A stretch of DNA of 64,000 nucleotides from Carcharhinus longimanus (lineage: Eukaryota). The notes under the pieces are model-generated. The model was given only the letters and a program-made list of their open reading frames with translations, did not search any database and was not told where the DNA came from. The position numbers and the translations under genes were made by a program. Below are positions 25,271 through 39,899 of the stretch, in pieces. The DNA lies in NCBI GenBank assembly GCA_030264375.1, contig JASCQW010000098.1, forward strand, positions 80,497,297 to 80,561,296. Reading direction: 5' to 3'. Each line of letters begins with the position of its first letter. Position 1 is the stretch's first letter.

Positions 25271-26470
25271 TAAGAACATAAGAGTCTAAGAACTAGGAGC
25301 AGGATAGGCCATCTGGCCCCTCGAGCCTGCTCCGTCATGAAATAAGATGATGGCTGATCTTTTCATGGATTCGCCTCCACTTACCTGCCACTCACCCTAA
25401 CCCTTAATTCCTTCACTGTTCAAAAATTTATCTATCCTTGCCTTAAAAACTTTCAATGAGGTAGCTTCAATGGGCAGGCAATTCCACAGATTCATAACCC
25501 TTTGTGTGAAGAAGTTCCTCTTCAACTCAGTCCTAAATCTACTCACTGTTATTTTGAGGCCATGCCCCCTAGTTCTAGTTTCACCCGCCAGTGGAAATGA
25601 CTTCCCTGCTTCTATCTTATCTATTCCTTTCATAATCATATGTTTCTGTAAGATCTCCCCTCATTCGTCTGAATTCCATTGAGTATAGCCCCAGTCTACT
25701 CAGTCTCTCCTCACAAGAGGTTATTGCAGAAGGTAAGGGGGCATGGAGTTGGGGGTAGGGTGTTAGCGTGGATAGAGGATTGGTTNNNNNNNNNNNNNNN
25801 NNNNNNNNNNNNNNNNNNNNNNNNNNNNNNNNNNNNNNNNNNNNNNNNNNNNNNNNNNNNNNNNNNNNNNNNNNNNNNNNNNNNNNNNNNNNNNNNNNNN
25901 NNNNNNNNNNNNNNNNNNNNNNNNNNNNNNNNNNNNNNNNNNNNNNNNNNNNNNNNNNNNNNNNNNNNNNNNNNNNNNNNNNNNNNNNNNNNNNNNNNNN
26001 NNNNNNNNNNNNNNNNNNNNNNNNNNNNNNNNNNNNNNNNNNNNNNNNNNNNNNNNNNNNNNNNNNNNNNNNNNNNNNNNNNNNNNNNNNNNNNNNNNNN
26101 NNNNNNNNNNNNNNNNNNNNNNTCCCTTTGCAGACTTTCAGCATCCTCTGCACACTTTGCTCTGCCACTCATCTTAGTGTCATCTACAAATTTTGACACA
26201 CTACATTTGGTCCGCAACTCCAAATCATCTACGTAAATCGTAAATAATTGTGGTCCCAACACTGATCCTGGTGGCACAATGCTAGTCACTGATCGCCAAC
26301 ACCCGCTTACCCCCACTCTTTGCTTTCTGTTAGTTAACCAAATCTCTATCCATGCTATTACATTAGCCATAACACCATGCACCTTTATCTTATGTAGCAG
26401 TTTTTGGTTCAGCACCTTGTCAAATGCCTTCTGGAAATCCAGATACACCACATCTACACGTTCCCCATTC
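25270..26470 (-). mobile_element. Younger 5'-truncated CR1 LINE (gapped)
   Basis: VDVVYLDFQKAFDKV, PPGSVLGPQLFTIY, SKFVDDTK; 3' end RLGLYSMEFRRMRGDL...NFFTQRVMNLWN; taagaaca tail repeats. Confidence 0.9.
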
Positions 26471-27589
26471 ATTTCAAATTATGATTTGTGCATTTTGTTA
26501 TGAGTGGCATATGCATTTGGATAAAGAGCCTTCCATTCTGTCATTTTACCATTGTTTAGTATTCTGTATGCTGTTTCCTTTCTTGTTGCACTCTGGTTAT
26601 CATTCCCATATTGCTATCCTATATCATTGCCTTGTACTTTCTTTAACTTCCCGAGTCTCCCCTCATCTAAGCCAAATCTTATCCTGAGCCCTCGTTATAC
26701 AACTCACCAGTACTCTGGTCCCAGCATGGTTAAGGTGAAAGCTGTTCCACCAGTATAGCTTCCCCTTTCCCTTGTACTGCTGCCAGTGCCCTGTGAATCA
26801 AAACTCATTTCTCCAACATCAATTTTTGAGCTACACATTCAACTCTCTGATCTTTTATTTAACATTATTTAAGATAATAATCTCATGATTCAGTAGTAAT
26901 CTTGAGATTATTACCTTTGCAGTTCTGCTTTTTAATTTAGTTCCTAGATGTACATACTCCCACAGCAGAGCCTTGATCTTAGTCCTATCTGTGATGTTGG
27001 TACTCATGTGGACCATGACACCTGGGTTCTTCCCCATTCACTCTAACTTCCACTGAAGCCCCAAGCACACATCCTTAAATCTGGCAGGCGACACAGCCTT
27101 CAGAATTCAAACACACAGCTGCAAAGTACAATACTTTAAATGTCCCTTAACAAAACTATATTACTTCATACTTTCCCCACTTGAATGACTCCCTTCAGCA
27201 TGGTGCTGTGATCAGTTTGTTCATCTCTGCTGCAGTTCCTGTTCTCATTCACACAAGTTATAAGAGCATCAAACCTGTTGGACAATTGCAAGGGCTGAGG
27301 GTCCTCCACAGCTACCTCCTGGATCCCCATATCTGAATCACTCAGTCATACCCTCCTTTTCCTGACCATGGAACAAATCAGAAGTTTCTAGCCCAAGAGG
27401 GTGTAACTAACTCCTGAACAAAGTGTCCAGGTAATTTTCCTTCTCTTTGATGCATTGCAGCGTCCAAAGTTCAGACTCCNNNNNNNNNNNNNNNNNNNNN
27501 NNNNNNNNNNNNNNNNNNNNNNNNNNNNNNNNNNNNNNNNNNNNNNNNNNNNNNNNNNNNNNNNNNNNNNNNNNNNNNNCCCTAAAGGC

Positions 27590-28090
27590 AAACTTTCAGA
27601 GAGTCCAGGCCCACTGACCTGTCCCCTGCCCCAGGGATAACTCAAAGAAGCATACCAAGCTCACCTCTCTGGCCTCAGAGACTATTGTCTAAGAGGTCAG
27701 CATGGCTGTCACCCACCCATGAACTGATGAAGCAAGAAGTGGATGAATGGTCTCATCTACTCCACCAGGATAAGACCTTTCTCAGTTCCCTCCGCTATCG
27801 AATTCTCAACATGGCATCGTGTATTCAGATTGCCACTCTCTTCACAAGACTCATACATTCAGTCACAGGAAACACATATCAACATTCACTCTCTCAACAA
27901 GACTTTTACAATACCACCATCCCATCTCGTTGCTCGAATTCCATTTTCCATCCCTTCTCGGCATGGCACACCCACACAACAGAATGTGCATTTCACCAAA
28001 CCTTTGCTCCAACCCCTCCCATTGCACTGCTTTCCTTTGGCCTTTGTATAGGCCAAACTTGTACATAACAAGTGTCAGCGAGCCCAGACA
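27590..28090 (+). mobile_element. Harbinger Myb/SANT-like gene relic (exon 1 + intron)
   Basis: PRDNSKKHTKLTSLASETIV*EVS...KWMNGLIYSTR followed by decayed donor; resembles the ..W..VA.EVS......R...QCRKRMNDL pattern. Confidence 0.5.
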
Positions 28091-29044
28091 GGGGGCAGGT
28101 TATGTATTTAAAAGTAGTCACATCTCTTCTAGTATAACATGATCTGTAGTGATGTAAGCAGAGGGATTTGGAGGCTATTGTGGCTCTTCCATCTTCAACA
28201 AGGAATAAGCAACACCTTCTTTATACATCTTTATTGTGTTTTAGTAGTTTCAGGTAGTTATCTTAAGCATTTAATAGTTTATCTATAAATTTAATGCAAT
28301 ACTTACATCTTCCCAATACTAGTTTTACTGCCCTGTTTTGAGGGATTAAAATTTCACACCCATCAACCAATCACCTACCTGCTCATCTAATTAATGCCTT
28401 TGAAGACTCCCAAGCTCCTGGAGGCAGCAAAAAATGTATAAAAAGCAGCAGTTCCTTTCCCATCTAGCACTGAATTCCCATCTGGACCAAATTCCCAAGT
28501 TAGTACTCATACCTCAAAGCACTCCGTCCTCACTCTCACACACACACACTCTAATAGCAAAACCTCTCTGCTTTTATACTGGGCTAATGATTCACACCCA
28601 AGTTGCAACAGCTAAACCAGCTTCCTGTCACAGTAATTAATCCTATTCAAGCAACTAGGAAAGATCTACATAAAACCTTGAAATAAGTAATAGACTGCCA
28701 CCATGGCCATAATGTGTTTTTGTGATGGGAAATTAGCCAGGGTTCTCAGTCCTATTTGTGCTCATATGGATAAGAACATTATTGGACTTAGTTGTGGTGC
28801 TTCTTATAAACTGCCACTAACTCTTGCCTGAACTCACACTTAATAAATGCCATTTGGATTATATATACCAGATGATGACTATAGAAGTCAAAACTCAACA
28901 GCAGCTGAGTTGAATATGATAAAGAAGTATGAATTTTTATGGAAGTAAATGGCCTCTGTGGTTCTCATGAATTAGGTTAGTGTCCTCATCTATAGCCAGA
29001 TGTAATTATGAGGAGCATGAATGCTTAGTGAAGAAGGAAAAAAT

Positions 29045-29190
29045 GAATTTGTGCTTTAAGTAGCATTTTTTTGCATCTTCAGGACATCTCACAAATTAAT
29101 TAATTTATGACTGTTGTGATATATATAAGTTATCCAATTTGCATGGAGTAAGATCCCACAAACGACAATGAGACAAATGACCAGGTAGTG
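29045..29190 (-). mobile_element. DeuSINE-like (SacSINE1-type) fragment
   Basis: tcaggacatctcacaa...ccaatttgcatggagtaagatcccacaaac...aatgaccag resembles the reverse-complemented DeuSINE 3' region. Confidence 0.55.
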
Positions 29191-32100
29191 CTGATTTAAA
29201 ATTCAATTCAATTTTGCATTTCTTTTGAGCTAATCACAAAGGTAGTTTGAGGAAGAGTAATAACAGTGCACATATACAGTCCAATAGAAGTCATCCAGAA
29301 CAGGAATTCAACAAGGGTAGAAGAATCACAAAAATATTTCTGTTAGTTGCATACAGACTACGTTTCAAAACATACTTGAATGTACTATCTAGTGTAGCAC
29401 ATTTAAAACCTGAATTAAAAATCAAACCTAATAATTTACAATAGGTATGGTTTTCAACTTTATGGGGTCGTTGAAATTAATATTGTTTTAAAATTACATG
29501 CCCCACTATCTTGTTACACACTGTGGATTGAAAACCTTCATTGTCTTCAAATGGCCAATTTACTTTCCATAGTGTTACATTTGCTGTGATGGATTGCTGA
29601 CCATTTCCAATTCTAAATCTCAGGCAGAATTGATTGCACTTATTTAATTGTAGAGTGTCCCTTAATTTAGACCGTTGGTATAATCTGAATTTTGCAATCT
29701 AGCTAAATATTTTGGTACAGAATGAATATCGCATTCCTTAAAGATGATTAAGAAGATTAAGAATGCAAATCTTGTAGATTAATTGCTCAGGCAAAGCAGT
29801 GAGCTTCACCTCTATCTCAAGTAAATAGTGATAATGTATTTTCAGAGCTGACTATAATATGGTTGTCATAGGGCAGATTTTAATATGTTCAAATTTTTTA
29901 ACTAACCTTAAGATGCAGCAAATTTCTATATCTAAGGGAATGGAAATGAGATTAATTTTTTAAAGCTAGGCTAAAGGTTGACGTGTGAAAAATTGAGTTA
30001 GTTTGCAAAAAAGAAATTTGTTTCTTCGAGTAAAAATTGAGGTCAAGAGGCCAGAGCTTGCCTTGCTCCTAGATGAGTGAAATGAATCAAACAACATGGC
30101 TACAGGAACGTGTGCAGATGTATAATTTAATGATGAAGCTACATTCATTATCTTGGAGATGTTTGTAATATGGCTGATGTTACCTTTTATAATGAATTTT
30201 GTTTAATATATGCTTGGCCTTTAAGTGATTTCTGAACTGATAGCTGCTATTTTTTTTTAAATAGGCCAAGAAGGAATGCTCTTGGCCTTATTGCTGCTTG
30301 TCGTTTTTTGATTTACATTACCACCATGTGTTTTTTGGTTATATTAAACAGCATGAAACTCATCTGCTCGGAGTATCTTTTAATTACTGTGTGCAAATTT
30401 CATCTGTAATTGAAACTAAAAGCTTTTCAGCCATCTTCCCAAACCATCTTGACAAGCTGAAACCTGAATGTTATTTTCTGGTGCTGCGATTAGATTGGGG
30501 CTGAAGTCTCCAGCTGGCAGGCCTGTCTATGACTGGAGGCGGCCTGTCCCCAGTGCTTGTCATTTCCTGACATGCCTGACAGGACAAGGAGAGCCGTCCC
30601 AGACAGATTCATTAGATGGCATTTTCTACAGCTGGGCTAAAATGAGGGCTGCACTTCATCACAGCAACTATGAACTAACTCTGTAAGGCCCCTTGTTGGT
30701 TTTAACCAAAGCCATGTTGTTTTAGCAATTTTTGTTTTGCAATATTTTAAAATCTTTTGACATGTTTTCCTTAAGTTTCCCTGAAGCTCACACCTCATGC
30801 ATTATGCTGACGTTGATTCTAAATCCAAGCTGCTGCTGTGGTTGAGACCATTGTGATAGGATATTGAGCATTTTATTCATTCATGAGATGGCGGAGCTTA
30901 CCTTTCACCTTATTGTTGGCTGCCATTTCTTTAGTTCATGGTCTCTATGACAACTGTTTAAATTGGGATGAGTAACTGTCATCTGGAGTATTACTGAGAG
31001 AAAAGTGTTAGTGAGCATAAAGTCCCATAGATAGAGCATTTCAACATAATCCAATTTTAATTGAGCTCAAGAGACTTTGATGTGCTGCATAAGGTCAGGA
31101 AGGAGCTATTCCAGGGAGAAATTAAACCAGCCTAGCTAGGCTTCAGTACTACTGACTGTCACCATTTTAAATGAGCATTAGCATCAGCCTTAACCTTCCC
31201 CTGTGGAACATCTCACTTCACTTCCAACATTTCTCTGCCTTCTACCATATGCGAAGGTTGAGGGACTTTCATTTTTTTTAACACCTCCTTGATTAAGTTT
31301 GAAAAGCATGAAGCTGACCTGAGATGCACAGAAAGCTGTCAATTGGGCCTTCTTTGTAAGTCAGGGTGGGAAAATAGAGAATGGAAAAGGATTATTTTCA
31401 CTTGTCAGTTAAAGCCCACTTGATTTTTTTTCGAAAGGCAGGCTGCCTTTAACCTGTACCATTGTAACAGTTAAGACTTATTTGGTAACCAAATAACATT
31501 AAAAGCAGTTCTGGTTTGTTTTGTTATAAAATATATGTGTAATGCCTTGAACTGAAAAAACAACACGGATCTGTGATCAATAGGAAAATGCATCTTGATA
31601 GTTCTGATGGGTCTTTTGTGAAAAGGGAAAGGCTCCTTTCATCTCTTTCTATACATCAGCAAATCCTCTGTGGTATTCTCAGTACAAATTTTCTTAAGAG
31701 CACAAAAGGAGCAGAAATTCTACCACACTCCTTTTTAACCCTTTGAGAATTACAATTTTATTTCTGAATCATTTCTGCAGGCTCCGTGAACAAAATATTT
31801 GATCAAGTGTTGTATATATTTCTTACCTGTTTTCCATTGTGATATATACATTGCATCCATTTAAATATTTTGCACAGAAAAATAGTGCCTCAAAAATCTC
31901 ATGTTAAAGACCTATGAAAAAAATAAGCCTTTGACAGTCAGGAAGTTTTGTGTTCTTAAAAAAATAATTTAAGGCAGTTTGAGATTTATCCAGAAACAAT
32001 AACTTACTTTAACAGTGAATGTGTTTATAATAGTGTTATGTTATGTAAGTATATTTAGGCTGTGTTCCAAAACTAACAGCACAACTGAGTGCACATCCCT

Positions 32101-32410
32101 GCCTCTTAACATACACCAGCAATCACAAATAGATTGACTAGCTTTCGTCAAAAAAATTTTGGTTCTACTTTCCAAGGATCAAATTTTTCAAAATCTCTTC
32201 ATACCTTCCTTAACGTTACATCCAAAATTAATGGGAAAGTTAAGGTGTCAAATGAAAATAGTTGCAGATTGTACATTTGTTATTTCTTGCATAAGTATGA
32301 ACTTAAATGAAAGGAATATTCTCACAGAAGCATTTTAATTCTTTGGATCATTAAAAATGTTGTGTTACAGTGCTTTAATTAAACAAAGTAAATATATGTT
32401 TAAATTTCAG

Positions 32411-32528
32411 GTCCTTGCTTACACTGAAGGTTTACATGGAAAATGGATGTTCAGCGAGATACGGGCTGTGTTTTCAAGACGCTATCTCCTCCAGAGTACT
32501 GCCTTGGAAGTTTTCATGGCCAACAGAA
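32411..32528 (+). CDS. NBEA: Neurobeachin coding exon (BEACH-type PH domain)
   Basis: tttcag|GTC...AGAA|gtatgt; translates [43 protein letters not shown]-type residues (WMFSEIRAV) rather than LRBA-type (WLFTEIRSI); 118 bp, phase 0 to 1. Confidence 0.96.
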
Positions 32529-32691
32529 GTATGTACTGTTATAATTCAGTTTTCTGTTTGAAAGTGATGTAAATGCAGTCTTAGATGCTGTCATAAAAAT
32601 ATGCATGAAATAGTGAAGTCTTTGAGAAAAATATAGTTCTTTATTGTACCTTAGTTCTTTAAAATCATGTTTTTCTTATTTTTTTCTGCAG

Positions 32692-32794
32692 CTTCTGTAA
32701 TGTTCAATTTCCCAGACCAAGCCACAGTGAAGAAGGTTGTATATAGTTTACCTCGTGTTGGAGTTGGCACTAGTTATGGTTTGCCACAGGCCAG
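32692..32794 (+). CDS. NBEA: Neurobeachin coding exon (end of PH domain)
   Basis: polypyrimidine tract + ctgcag|CT...CAG|gtattc; (T)SVMFNFPDQATVKKVVYSLPRVGVGTSYGLPQA(R); 103 bp, phase 1 to 2, in frame with both neighbours. Confidence 0.96.
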
Positions 32795-33011
32795 GTATTC
32801 AATAAGAATGTTTTTATAGAAAATTCCTCCTGGTTTTTTGTCTCAAATCCAGTATCCCTAAAATACAAGTTGTTCTAACCCAGAACAGCTTTACTGTAGA
32901 GGGTTCTATGTAATGATATAATGCATCACAAATCTCTTTGTCTGTTTCTTTACCAGCAGCCATATGTAAAATGTTGGCTCACCAGTCTAGATAAAATCAT
33001 TCTTTATAAAA

Positions 33012-33140
33012 TAAAAGCAAATTACTGCAGATGCTGGAATCTGAAACCAAAAGAGAAAATGCTGGAAAATCTCAGCAGGTATGGCAGCATTTGTACAGAT
33101 GCTGCCAGACCTGAGACTTTCCAGTATTTTTTGGTTTCAA
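33012..33140. mobile_element. Short Penelope-like palindromic repeat
   Basis: tgcagatgctggaatctgaa...ctcagcaggtatggcagcat / atgctgccagacctg; relatives at 57320-57440 and 57608-57725. Confidence 0.65.
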
Positions 33141-35739
33141 AATTATTCTTTAGTTGTTCTCACAAGTCCACTTAATTTCTCAAAGTCATAAGAAAGCACT
33201 GAGAAAAGTCTATTTAGTCATTTATCCTGTACTTCGTAATTTGTTGCATGATACGTACATTGATATTTAATTGAAAGGAATTGTTTCCAGTATGTTTTGA
33301 CTAAACAGATACATTGAGCTTCTGCAATATATAAAATACTTGCATGAAATCTCTTGCATCCATTAATATTCCAATATGTGCTCTTATCACCTGGATGATA
33401 AGCAATTGCATAGAAAATTAGTGCTTGTTCTTATCATGAATCTTTTATTTAAAGTCCAGTATTCAAAATCTTAAATCTATGCTTTTATTGCAATGTCACT
33501 TTCTTGTTATAACATAAGCGGTTCTGCATAGGATGATAGTATGAATTAAATGCACAATGTGAAAGAGTANNNNNNNNNNNNNNNNNNNNNNNNNNNNNNN
33601 NNNNNNNNNNNNNNNNNNNNNNNNNNNNNNNNNNNNNNNNNNNNNNNNNNNNNNNNNNNNNNNNNNNNNGCTTTGTTGAAATGGCGGCGCGGGCTCGTTG
33701 GGCTGAAGGGCCTGTTTCCCGTGCTGGGTTGTTCTTTGTTCTTTGTTCTTTATTTTTGAAAGAGTATGCCCATGACGTCACCTGTGAAATAGCTCAATTA
33801 CATCAGAGAAACAGAAGTGATTTGATAATAAAGTTGAAGATATATACCCTGAATTCTTTTAGTAAATAGTGAATTGCACTTTTTAAAAATGATTAGTTAT
33901 TTTTGTTGAGTGAGGGTTGGGGCAGCAGAATGAGGGTTATTTGACCATGAATGCATTTTTATTATTGATTATGTAGCATTAGATGTTTCACTGTTTAGGT
34001 TGTTTAAAAAACCTTTAGCTATAGGTAGAACGGTTGAGATGCATGCTGATCAATGATTTTGCTACAAGACTTAACAAGTTAGACTTGTTGACTTTTGTCT
34101 ATTCATCATCACTATGGTATCACACTGAATAATGAAACAGGGTAATTGCATATCACACCTTGAGAAAGCTTGATAAATGAGAACTGCTGCAGGTTGTTTA
34201 ACAGCAGCGACTGTGCACTGCAGCCTACAGAGTAGCAACATGTTTATTTTGCATAATAATTATACCGTTTGTATGAATTGTACAAAGTTGTAATCTTCAC
34301 CATGGAATAGACGAGGAAGGATAAACAAATCTGCACTTGTACTGATACTTGTTATCCACTGTAATGTTTGAAGTAGCATTTCTTCTCACTGTCACCAAGG
34401 ACAATTAGGTTATCATCCGGAAGATATAATAGATGGTCTCATTTTTCTTTTACGTAGCTTATCCTTCATATTTTAATACCCTTGCAACTCAGTAAAACAT
34501 GGAACTTAAAATTAGATTTTCCCTTTAATAGCTGTCTGTTGGCAATTGCTTTTTATTTCAATAATTCATTATAAATCTCTAGCCTGAAACAAATAAATTG
34601 CTGATGTAAATAAACTACCCAGTCAGCAATATTCAGTATGACAGTTGAGGCTGATATCAGTTGTCATTCTTTACAATATCACCATTCTAATTCCAAACTT
34701 AAAGTTTACATACAAGCTTCTAGGCTGTTCAAAATGTGCACTACCCATTGTAAACCTCCATACCTGTACATTTTATTGTTTTATTACCATCAATTTTACC
34801 TTTTAGCATTGTGTTAGAACACCTTAGCGGTTGTTTGGGGTAAAATGTGATGCAGTGTGAAGTTATATTTGCTTATCAAAACCACCTGTCCCTTTCAAGG
34901 CATTCACAAGGCCACAAACTAAACACTCTGCTATAATTGGCAATTATATTCTGGTCTTGCAATGATGATTTATTCTGCCTCTTACAGTTCCCCATTCCAA
35001 AAATTGAAGATAAATTTGTGCTAAAATTAAAGTAAAAGTTTATTTACAATTGTTTCCTTTTAAAATTTGGGTCAGAATTTCAGGAGCAGTTTTCATTTAA
35101 AATGCTTTACTCGTAGCTACTAAATAGCTGTAATAATCTGCTATAGATTTTCACCAGTTTCAGTTTATGGGGTCGATTTTCTGGTTGATCCAATTACTAT
35201 GAAATTGTATGATGATGTACTTGTTATTGATTAATTTGTCAACTAGTTTTAGTACTTTAATGACTTGTTCACTGGATTGTGCAATGGAAAATGCTTGCAG
35301 CTTAGTTAATAATATCGCGGATTTTGATAAATTCTGAAAAGTAGTCTTCCTGGTTTGGTGCCTGAAATGATATATATTGTTGGTAAATTACAGCAGTTAA
35401 ACTGACTAATGGATTTTGTTCATGGCATCATGGAATAGTTGGGTCGCAGGTTCTTGTGAATGTTGAGAAAGCCAATATTTATTTGACATCAAGAAAGATC
35501 AAATTGGTTAGGATGATCACATCTAATTTAACTACTAGATTCTAAATAGTCAACCCAGAACCCAACAATAGCAATTTCATGTCTATTGTAATATCATTTC
35601 ATTTTGAAATTTAGTTCCTTTACAGTTCTTGGTGACTCCCGCTAACAAATTGGTTTTTAGTGTTATTATTAAGAAATAATCCAGGATAAGGTTCATGAGA
35701 ATGGGAGCCCCACTCAAGAATCAGCGTCAACATGACATG

Positions 35740-36090
35740 ATGGTGGCACAGTGGTACAGTGGTTAGTGCCACTGCCTCACAGTGCCAGGAACCCTGGTTC
35801 AATTCTGGCCTTTGATAACTGTGTGGAGTTTACACGTTCTCCCAGTATCTGCATGGGTTTCCTCCAGGTGCTCCAGTTTCCTTCTACCGTCCAAATATGT
35901 GCAGATTTCGTGGATTGGCCATGCTGAATTGCTCTTTAGTGTCCAAAGATATGTATGTTAGATGGATAGCCATGATAAGTTGGAAAATGGAATAGGGTGG
36001 GAGAAAGCCTGGGTAAGATGCTGTTTTGGAGAGTCGGTATACACTCAATGGACTAAATGTCCCCGTTCTGCATTGTAGGGATTCTACTAA
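35740..36090 (+). mobile_element. V-SINE (full length)
   Basis: ggcacagtggttagt A-box, ggttcaattc B-box, V-domain gggtttcctccaggtgctccagtttcc, tail ttctgcattgtagggattcta. Confidence 0.88.
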
Positions 36091-36759
36091 AAAAAGACAA
36101 TTTTCCTACAAATACTTAACTTTGAGAATTCTGCTTGAAAATTAGTTGTACACTTTTAACATATTTTTCATACTGCATTATGTTACAATGTCATGAAACA
36201 CAGCTACTGTAGGCAAGATGTGTCCACCATTTGGGCAGATAGTACATATTTTCAATAGCCTATTTAATGTTATTTTTCAAAATTAATAAATCTGTTATCT
36301 CACTGGAAAATTCCATGATTAGTTGGCAAAGATCCTCTTTAAGGCTTATGAATTAGTACACCAAACGGATTAACCAACTCTCAATATGCTTCATAATTAT
36401 TTTTCACCCAGTGCATGACATTCATTTATAATCTCATTTCCTATGACAAATTCAGATGTTTGATTACATTGAGTTCTTAAACTTTCCATTACAAAGGTTA
36501 GTTTCACTACAGCAGACATTAGGAAAGAACACAAGTATCCTTTTTTTAAAAAAAGCAGAAGAACAGAAAAACAAATTGTTAGTTGCTCAATAAAGCTGAT
36601 TCTAATATTAGAGGGCAGTAAAAGTTCCACTGCTTTGAAAGGAGAAAAAAATACAGGCTGCTTACCCGATTCCAGAAAGACAGGTTCTTTTTTTATGGTG
36701 ACCTAGAGAGACAAATACTTTTTGTCACTGTAACTGTGGATAAAATCAAATGTGTGTGA

Positions 36760-36921
<162 letters not shown>

Positions 36922-39019
36922 TAGCTTTTTGGTTCCACCTTATTTGTTTTTGTATCAAGGTTTGGCTTGATAGTTTGCACTTATCCAGTGGTATCCAGCT
37001 GCAGGCCATGATGGAGACTGAAACTATCCTATTAAATTTTATCAGGAGACACATAACCTGCCACAGTGACTGTAGATTCATTTATTGTTACTGGGGTTAT
37101 TCTGTGGTCTCACTCTGCCATTTCCTTTGTTGACAGCTTTGTCTGAAACTGAAGCTTTATTAGAGTCCACAAACCATTTTCAGAGTGTGTCTGGAAATAA
37201 TAACGAGAAAATGTAATTTTAGTGCTTTGTCACTCAGACAACAGCAACTAGACAGTAGAACAAGAATGGCACAGTATTTTGTTCAGTACAACATCTTGAA
37301 ATGTGGCAGATTAATAGAAAACAACATAAATATACATGAAAATAGGAGATTTTGTGTTTGTATCAGAAGGTAAAACAAAGGGAGAGTATTTTACATGTTT
37401 CCATACAACAAATGCATTTTCCACTGTTTTATTTTCTGATGNNNNNNNNNNNNNNNNNNNNNNNNNNNNNNNNNNNNNNNNNNNNNNNNNNNNNNNNNNN
37501 NNNNNNNNNNNNNNNNNNNNNNNNNNNNNNNNNNNNNNNNNNNNNNNNNNNNNNNNNNNNNNNNNNNNNNNNNNNNNNNNNNNNNNNNNNNNNNNNNNNN
37601 NNNNNNNNNNNNNNNNNNNGACAAGCAGAGGAATAACAATCATAAACATGCTATATTCATTTACATTAAAAACTGGCTTTCAGCAATGTTTTATCTAAGG
37701 TTTCTGGTCAAGCAGGTTTGTGTCTTGTATTAAAATTAGACTGGTATAAAAAAACGTTTCATCAAAATCTGAGAAAATTAACAAGTTTAATTTTAGATAC
37801 ACAAGTGGGCTAGAAGTTAATCATTTTATCAGGGAAGCTTTCCTGGCAGTTTGAAATGGTTTTTATAAAGTATCCTTATCTCAATAGAGCTCCTATATCA
37901 TCCTGTGAATGGTGAGAGAAAGCAGTTTTGAAAACTCATTAGAATGACCTAAGCCCCAGTCCCCAAACATGAAGAATGTGAGAATTGTGAAACCGAAAGT
38001 GACAACGTCTACTGCAATTTTTGTCATACAAATTTTTCCTGTGAGTTTAAAATGTATAATATCCATCTGAACATAATATATTAAAATAACATTTATACCA
38101 GGGACATTTTGTAAAAATTGCTGCAGGCTTGGATTTCCACCACCTTGATATTTTCCCTCATGCCAGACTCAGTAAAGACACAAAATTGGAGTTACAGGCC
38201 TCCTCCACAACAGGTTCCCAAGGGGAAGGGTGTGGGATGGGGTCATGTGAGACACCTTTGACTTCACCTGAATCAAAAGATCCTGCTGGTTGCCAGTGGC
38301 TCACCGCAACAACCAAGGGAAAACCCGCCACCAGAGAGCTAGAAAACCCGGCCACTGATAAGAACACTTATGGATTTCAGAATTGATGAAAATTCCACCT
38401 GTGGTGGAAAACAACTGAAAAAAAAATTGCCATTTAATTAAGCATACAATTCTTTACCAACTCATTCTACATTCCATGCAACACCAGTAGATATAAAGGT
38501 GAAGAAAATATTGCCCGTTGTCGTTCAGCTTACAGAAAGCTGAATAATGTGAGGATGCTGCTGTGCCACTGGAGGTCACAGGTTTCTCATGTTTCAGCTG
38601 AACACAAAAAAATCCCACAATGTGTGCCATTTGTACACAGAGGATGCTCAGCAGAACAAGCAGACCGTGCTTCATTCAGAGGAATTTGTACCAGAGCATT
38701 GAAGGAAATGCTTTGACAAAGGGAAAATGATGACCAAATACAGGAAGTAGTAAGTGGAATATAAACATTTGTAACTACTGTTTTTTCTCAGCATATGCTA
38801 AGATTTCAAGAGTCGAGAAGATTTTAGTAATTATTTTGATTCCTGATGCTCTCAGTTTCTGTCTTATTAAGGGATTATTTGCTTTTCCAGTCTTTAAAAC
38901 ACATTTTTACACCAATATCATGCATTTTGAGGGTAATACGATAGTATTTAAATATATTCATCAATCAATTATGTTTTCAAGTTTATTATTTTACTTACCA
39001 TATATAAAACATATTGTGA

Positions 39020-39232
<213 letters not shown>

Positions 39233-39899
39233 TAGTTTACCCAGGCCATAAGGATTTCATTAAGTAGGTACACGATATTGTATTAAAGCAGAAGAATAAT
39301 CAATTCGAGTACCTGGATGAGGTAACATTTTTTCAGTTATTTTAATTTTGCTATTGCTATTATGTATGTGTATATATTCAATGCTGTTATTTATGCCAGA
39401 ACTGTAGTAGATATTGTTTTCACCAAAACAGCAGCCAAGTTAAGAAGACCCAACATTTCCTGAGTTAACACGGAATCCTAGTCTTGCAACTTCAGCCTAA
39501 TGAAATGAAAATTAGTGTGTGGAGAAAGTATTTGTGCTTCTACATAGTATGCTTTCCACAACTGATTTGGTTGCTAAGTGATTTTCACACCGAGGCAAAA
39601 ATAACTGTTAAAAGAGCTTAGCACATTAATTGGCAAAATGTGGTCTAAGTTGGATTGCTCCCAAAAATGCGTGCAGGGATTTCAGTGCACAATTACCTCA
39701 TGCCCGTTTGATGCATTATAGACAGCACACTGTCCTCGTGCTGTCTTTTTATGGTCACAACTTCTGCATGCAAGCCTTTCTAGTAGCTGCATGCATCAGC
39801 AGGGACCCCAGTATCATTAGATGCTACTAATTTACCTCATAAAAGGAAGGTAAATTGTGGTTATTGGAGGTGCTGACAGCATTCAGCTGAGCAACACTG

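Noticed and set aside
25712-25785. Plus-strand CR1 piece fused to a minus-strand CR1 as a second twin-priming event
   Set aside because: It lies at a gap edge and duplicates a region already present in the minus-strand copy (26330-26420). The flanking minus pieces fit one element across the gap, so a chimeric contig end is as likely.
35740-35810. tRNA genes suggested by A/B boxes (also ~22230 and ~62290-62370)
   Set aside because: These are heads of tRNA-derived SINEs continuing into SINE bodies; no cloverleaf.
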